A stretch of DNA of 64,000 nucleotides, taken from contig JACDQM010000034.1 in the NCBI GenBank assembly GCA_015657635.1, positions 9,925 to 73,924 on the forward strand. The letters run 5' to 3'. This document shows, piece by piece, positions 60,038 to 64,000 of the stretch. This DNA comes from Roseateles sp. Its GTDB lineage: Bacteria; Pseudomonadota; Gammaproteobacteria; Burkholderiales; Burkholderiaceae_C. The translations under genes and the position numbers were made by a program. Below the pieces are notes generated by a model. The model was not told the origin of the DNA and did no database searches. It worked only from the letters and a program-made list of their open reading frames with translations. Every line of letters starts with the position of its first letter. Position 1 is the stretch's first letter.

Positions 60038-61024
60038 ATGAACCGCAATGTCACTTTGTCGCGCCGCTCGGCCCTGGCGGCCGCAGCCGCCGTGCTGGCT
60101 TTGCCCTTGCTGGCCCAGGCCCAGGCCTGGCCGGCCAAGCCCGTCACCGTCGTCGTGCCCTTCCCGGCCGGTGGCGGCACCGATGCCTTTGCGCGCCCGC
60201 TGACCGCCGCCTTGACCAAGGCCACCGGCAAGCAGTTCATCATCGACAACAAGGGCGGCGCTGGCGGCACCGTGGGCGCCAGCATCGCCGCCAAGGCCGC
60301 GCCGGACGGCTACACCTTCTTCATGGGCGCAGTGCACCACGCCATCGCGCCCTCGATGTATCCCAAGCTGGACTACAAGCTGGAGACCGACTTCATCCCA
60401 GTCGCGCTGGTGTCCAGCGTGCCCCAGGTCATCGTCGTGAACCCGGCCCGGGTGCAAGCCACCGACCTGAAGGGCCTGCTCGAATTCATCCGCAAGAATC
60501 CCGGCAAGCTGAACTACGGCTCGGCCGGCAACGGCACCTCGCACCATCTGGCGGGCGAGTTGTTCAAGCTGCAGACCCAGACCTTCATCACCCACATCCC
60601 CTACCGCGGCGCCGGCCCGGCCCTGCAGGACCTGATCGCCGGCCAGGTGGATCTGATGTTCGACGGCCTGGGCAGCTCGGCCGCCCACATCAAGGGGGGG
60701 CGCATCAAGGCCATCGCAGTGGCAGCCAACAAGCGCGCGCCGGGCTTCGCCGACGTGCCCACCAGCGTCGAAGGCGGCGTGCCCAGCTATCAGGTCGCCA
60801 CCTGGTATGGCCTGTGGGCGCCCAAGGGCACACCCAAGGAAGCGGTTGCCGCAATGCAGGCCGAGCTGCGCAAGGCCTTCGCGCAGGACGACATCAAGGC
60901 CAGCTGGACCAGCCTGGGCACCGAGGTGCCGAATATGTACGGCGATGCCTTCGGCCAGTTCGTCTCCAGCGAAATCAAGCGCTGGGCCGAAGTGGTGAAG
61001 AAGTCCGGAGCCAAACTCGACTGA
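60038..61024 (+). CDS. Bug-family (TctC-like) tripartite tricarboxylate transporter substrate-binding protein
   Basis: Internal ATG of track ORF 59927..61024. There is a Tat-like signal (MNRNVTLSRRSALAAAAAVLALPLLAQAQA). Motifs are WPAKPVTVVVPFPAGGGTDAFARPL, NKGGAGGTVG and YGSAGNGTSHHLAGELF. Confidence 0.9.
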   Translation: MNRNVTLSRRSALAAAAAVLALPLLAQAQAWPAKPVTVVVPFPAGGGTDAFARPLTAALTKATGKQFIIDNKGGAGGTVGASIAAKAAPDGYTFFMGAVHHAIAPSMYPKLDYKLETDFIPVALVSSVPQVIVVNPARVQATDLKGLLEFIRKNPGKLNYGSAGNGTSHHLAGELFKLQTQTFITHIPYRGAGPALQDLIAGQVDLMFDGLGSSAAHIKGGRIKAIAVAANKRAPGFADVPTSVEGGVPSYQVATWYGLWAPKGTPKEAVAAMQAELRKAFAQDDIKASWTSLGTEVPNMYGDAFGQFVSSEIKRWAEVVKKSGAKLD

Positions 61025-61039
61025 TAGATACCTATCCCA

Positions 61040-62578
61040 ATGAAGAGCACCAACGCCAATCTGTTCGCCGCGCTGCGCGCGGCCTTCCCCGCCGATCTGG
61101 ACGCCACCGCCATCGAATGTGCCGATGGCGAGCGTCTGCGCTACAGCTGGCGCGACATCGAGCGCGCCACTGCGATGCTGGCCAATCTGCTGGTCTCGCT
61201 GGACCTGCCCGCAGGCAGCCGCATCGCCGTGCAGACCGAGAAAAGCGTCGAAGCGCTGATGCTCTACCTGGCCGTGCTGCGCGCCGGTTATGTCTATCTG
61301 CCGCTCAACACCGCCTACCAGGCCGCCGAGATCGAATACTTTATCGGCAATGCCGAGCCGGCCGTCATGGTCTGCCCGAGCAAGAGCTTCGGCTGGATCA
61401 GCAAGATCGCCTTCACCGCCGGCACGCAGTATGTGTTCACGCTCAACGAGGATCGCAGCGGTACGCTGCTGGACCGCGCCGCGCACATGAGCGACCAGCA
61501 TGAAGTGGCGCACAAGACGGCTGACGAGATGGCCGCCATCCTCTACACCAGCGGCACCACCGGGCGCAGCAAGGGCGCGATGCTGTCGCACGGCAATATG
61601 CTCAGCAATGCGCAGACGCTGAAGGACTACTGGGGCTGGAAAAAAGGCGACGTGCTGATCCACGCGCTGCCGATCTTCCATGTGCACGGCCTGTTCGTGG
61701 CCTCGCATGGCGCGCTGCTGAACGGCAGCCAGATGATCTGGTTCAGCAAGTTCGACCCCAAAGCGGTGATCGCGCGCCTGCCCGACGCCACGCTGTTCAT
61801 GGGCGTGCCCACGCTCTATGTGCGCATGCTGGCCGAGCCGGCGCTGGACAAGAACGCCTGCCGCCATATGCGCCTCTTCATCAGCGGCTCGGCGCCGCTG
61901 CTGATCGAGACCTTCCGCGACTGGCAGACGCGCACCGGCCACACCATTCTTGAGCGCTACGGCATGAGCGAGACGGTGATGCTGACCTCCAACCCCTACC
62001 GCCCCGCTGACGGCGAACGCCGCGGCGGCACGGTCGGCCATGCGCTGCCCGGCGTGGGCGTGCGCGTGCAGGACGACAAGGGCGCGCCCTGCCCCACCGG
62101 CGAGATCGGCAATATCGAGGTCAAGGGCCCGAACGTGTTCGCCGGCTACTGGCGCATGCCGGAGAAGACCAAGGAAGAGTTCACCGCCGACGGCTGGTTC
62201 AAGACCGGCGACGTCGGCCGCGTGGACGAGCTGGGCTACTTCACCATCGTCGGGCGCAGCAAGGACCTGATCATCTCCGGCGGCTACAACGTCTATCCGG
62301 CCGAGATCGAGGGCACGCTGAACGACATGCCCGGCATTGCCGAATCGGCGGTGATCGGCGTGCCGCACCGCGACTTTGGCGAGGCCGTGGTGGCGGTGTT
62401 GGTGGCCAAACCCGGCGCCACGCTGGACGGCGATGCCATCGTCTCGCAGCTCAAGCGCCAGATCGCCAACTTCAAGGTACCCAAGAAGGTCTTCGTCGTC
62501 GCCGAGCTGCCGCGCAACACCATGGGCAAGGTGCAGAAGAACCTGCTGCGCGAGCAGCACAAGGCCTTGTTCGCATGA
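61040..62578 (+). CDS. matB: malonyl-CoA synthetase (MatB-like, AMP-forming acyl-CoA ligase)
   Basis: 512 aa. The N-terminus NLFAALRAAFP... and VQTEKSVEALMLYLAVLRAGYVYLPLNTAYQAAEIEYFIGNAEP are MatB-like. The AMP-binding motifs are LYTSGTTGRSKG and GWFKTGDVG...RSKDLIISGGYNVYP. Confidence 0.85.
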   Translation: MKSTNANLFAALRAAFPADLDATAIECADGERLRYSWRDIERATAMLANLLVSLDLPAGSRIAVQTEKSVEALMLYLAVLRAGYVYLPLNTAYQAAEIEYFIGNAEPAVMVCPSKSFGWISKIAFTAGTQYVFTLNEDRSGTLLDRAAHMSDQHEVAHKTADEMAAILYTSGTTGRSKGAMLSHGNMLSNAQTLKDYWGWKKGDVLIHALPIFHVHGLFVASHGALLNGSQMIWFSKFDPKAVIARLPDATLFMGVPTLYVRMLAEPALDKNACRHMRLFISGSAPLLIETFRDWQTRTGHTILERYGMSETVMLTSNPYRPADGERRGGTVGHALPGVGVRVQDDKGAPCPTGEIGNIEVKGPNVFAGYWRMPEKTKEEFTADGWFKTGDVGRVDELGYFTIVGRSKDLIISGGYNVYPAEIEGTLNDMPGIAESAVIGVPHRDFGEAVVAVLVAKPGATLDGDAIVSQLKRQIANFKVPKKVFVVAELPRNTMGKVQKNLLREQHKALFA

Positions 62579-62790
62579 GCGAAGAAGAAGCGCGCGCTGA
62601 CGTGAACAGCCGCTGCCCGCGCTGCGGCGGCGGCTTTCACTGCGGTGCAGCCGAGGCGCGCTGCGACTGCTTCGAACTGCGCTTGAGCGACGCCCAGCGC
62701 CAGCAATTCAGCCGCGATTACAACGGCTGCCTGTGCCTCAAGTGCCTCAGGGAGCTGCAGGCCAGGCCGCGCGACCCACAGACTGACTGA
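62575..62790 (+). CDS. cysteine-rich CWC-family small protein (71 aa)
   Basis: ATGA overlap with the matB stop. There are eight Cys: CPRC, FHC, CDC and CLCLKC. Confidence 0.65.
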   Translation: MSEEEARADVNSRCPRCGGGFHCGAAEARCDCFELRLSDAQRQQFSRDYNGCLCLKCLRELQARPRDPQTD

Positions 62791-62933
62791 CCCCTCCAAA
62801 GGGTGTGACGCCCGGAACACAAGCACCGTGCTGACGCCGTGGATGCGCGCAGACAATGCGCTGCCTCAGCGCGGCAATCTGCCGCGCGGAACACAGCCAC
62901 TCTCGGCACAACAATTACGGAGGGAACCCCATC

Positions 62934-63434
62934 ATGAAGAAGACCATCCTGGCGCTGGCGCTGCTCGGCGCAGCCATCGGCGCACAAGCCGCCGACATTT
63001 ACGTTGGCGCCGATGTTGGCCGCTCGCGCATCAGCGCCGATGGCATCAAGGTCAACGGCACCGGCGGAGCGCTGTACCTGGGCTATCAGCTGAGCCCCGG
63101 CCTGGCGCTCGAAACCGGCTACCGCAGCCTGGGCAGCGACACGGTCACGTTCAGCGGCTACAAGGTCAAAGTCAGCGGCAACGCTGTACAGCTGAGCCTG
63201 CTGGCCAGCCTGCCCTTGAGCGGCGACCTCAGCGGCTATGGCCGCGTCGGCGTGAACCGTCTGGAAGCCAAGGCCAGCCTCTCCGGCGCGAGCGCGGAGG
63301 AAAGCTCAACCAAGGCCCTGTTCGGCCTGGGTCTGCGCTATGCCGTCAGCCAACAAGTCGGCTTGCGCCTGGAATGGCAGAAGCCCTCCAGCGACAGCCA
63401 GGTGCTGAGCCTGGGCGCCGACCTGCGCTTCTAA
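62934..63434 (+). CDS. small outer-membrane beta-barrel protein (OmpA-N/OmpX-like, 8-stranded)
   Basis: Internal ATG after GGAGGGA. There is a signal peptide (MKKTILALALLGAAIGAQA|AD). The body shows alternating aromatic/hydrophobic strands and ends in LSLGADLRF. Confidence 0.8.
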   Translation: MKKTILALALLGAAIGAQAADIYVGADVGRSRISADGIKVNGTGGALYLGYQLSPGLALETGYRSLGSDTVTFSGYKVKVSGNAVQLSLLASLPLSGDLSGYGRVGVNRLEAKASLSGASAEESSTKALFGLGLRYAVSQQVGLRLEWQKPSSDSQVLSLGADLRF

Positions 63435-63448
63435 GAGAGCGCTCTCCC

Positions 63449-63481
63449 GCGCGCCGCACCAGAGTACCGCTCGCGGCGCGC
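63449..63481. terminator. GC-rich hairpin between convergent genes (possible bidirectional terminator)
   Basis: gcgcgccgc...(15 nt)...gcggcgcgc forms a 9-bp stem. A perfect 12-nt palindrome gagagcgctctc lies just upstream (63435-63446). Confidence 0.35.
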
Positions 63482-63494
63482 TTGGCGCGCGCGC

Positions 63495-64000
63495 TCAGCC
63501 GGCCGCCGCCGCGCTGCCAGCCTGCACCGGTTCATCGCGGCTGATCTGCCCGTCCACCAGCTCGACCACCCGGTCGCAACGCGCCGCCAGGCGCGGGTCA
63601 TGCGTGACGATCAGAAACGAGGTGCCCAGCTCCGCATGCATGCGGCGCATCAAGGCGAACACCTCGTCGGACGAAGCGGTGTCCAGATTGCCGGTCGGCT
63701 CATCGGCCAGCACCAGCGGCGGACGCATCACCAGCGCGCGGGCAATCGCCACGCGCTGCTGCATGCCGCCCGACAGCTCGCCCGGCTTCTTGTGCAACGC
63801 GGCACCCAGGCCCATGCTGTCCAGCACCGCGCGCGCATGCTCGCGCTGCGCCGCGCTGACGCGGCCGTCGCGCATCAGCGCCGGCAGCGTGACGTTCTCC
63901 AGCGCGCTGAAAGCCGGCAGCAGGTGGTGGAACTGAAACACAAAGCCCAGCGCGCTGCGGCGCTTCAACGTCAGGCCCGCATCGTCCAGGCCGCCGACCT
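63495..64000 (-). CDS. ABC transporter ATP-binding protein, LolD/MacB-type; C-terminal part only, gene runs off the right edge
   Basis: The Q-loop [10 protein letters not shown], signature [15 protein letters not shown], Walker [13 protein letters not shown] and H-loop IVTHD are all present. The ORF is open to the window end. Confidence 0.85.
   Translation of the reverse strand, partial: VGGLDDAGLTLKRRSALGFVFQFHHLLPAFSALENVTLPALMRDGRVSAAQREHARAVLDSMGLGAALHKKPGELSGGMQQRVAIARALVMRPPLVLADEPTGNLDTASSDEVFALMRRMHAELGTSFLIVTHDPRLAARCDRVVELVDGQISRDEPVQAGSAAAAG

Noticed and set aside
57964-62560. Minus-strand ORFs 57964..59928 (654 aa) and 59969..62560 (863 aa)
   Set aside because: They are antisense to the REC, malonyl-CoA decarboxylase, Bug and MatB genes, all of which have clear family motifs. 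The antisense products have none.

Overview
This is a very GC-rich, gene-dense chromosomal segment that looks betaproteobacterial, probably Burkholderiales. That placement is inferred from a Bug/TctC-family binding protein and from the engB<>cytochrome c4-ccsBA, msrPQ, folB-ttcA and glmU arrangements. By eye I found no rRNA, tRNA, CRISPR array, prophage or bounded IS element.

Layout:
- (i) 1-17.4 kb: a pectin/hexuronate utilisation locus. Order is kduD-kduI | kdgF, TonB-dependent receptor, CE12-PL1 fusion enzyme, GH43, PL10 lyase, ygjV | kdgK | udh, lactonase, TRAP dctPQM, garD. KdgR-like operators sit in both divergent promoter regions.
- (ii) 17.5-24.0 kb: a signalling cluster with a small repeat-motif protein, an MHYT/PAS hybrid histidine kinase, a REC-HD-GYP regulator and a stand-alone BLUF photoreceptor.
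- (iii) 24.1-26.5 kb: groESL with an overlapping sigma32/sigma70-like promoter plus a CIRCE operator.
- (iv) 26.5-44 kb: a DUF1631-like protein, a patatin-Omp85 (PlpD/type Vd-like) protein, an alpha/beta hydrolase, engB, cytochrome c4, ccsBA, an orphan binding protein, msrPQ, an oxidoreductase-FolB fusion, ttcA, a DUF4136-like lipoprotein and glmU.
- (v) 44-51 kb: miscellaneous genes (PhyH-like dioxygenase, SRPBCC, amidohydrolase, Y1-transposase-like protein with an HTH tail, DUF808, a voltage-gated K+ channel with a zinc ribbon, UPF0149).
- (vi) 51.2-57.7 kb: a sirtuin directly downstream of a double-length (tandem) UvrA-like ATPase.
- (vii) 58-64 kb: an orphan REC, a malonate module (malonyl-CoA decarboxylase, Bug binding protein, malonyl-CoA synthetase, CWC cysteine-rich protein), a small OM beta-barrel protein and a partial LolD-like ABC ATPase.

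At least five conserved genes show internal frame breaks, possibly seven counting a compensating pair. Most lie in GGCCGG-type contexts, so they look more like indel errors than real pseudogenes.

I do not see a canonical defence island. The best candidates for something undescribed are the MHYT-kinase / REC-HD-GYP / BLUF trio and the tandem-UvrA + sirtuin operon. Both are hypotheses drawn from gene content and adjacency only.
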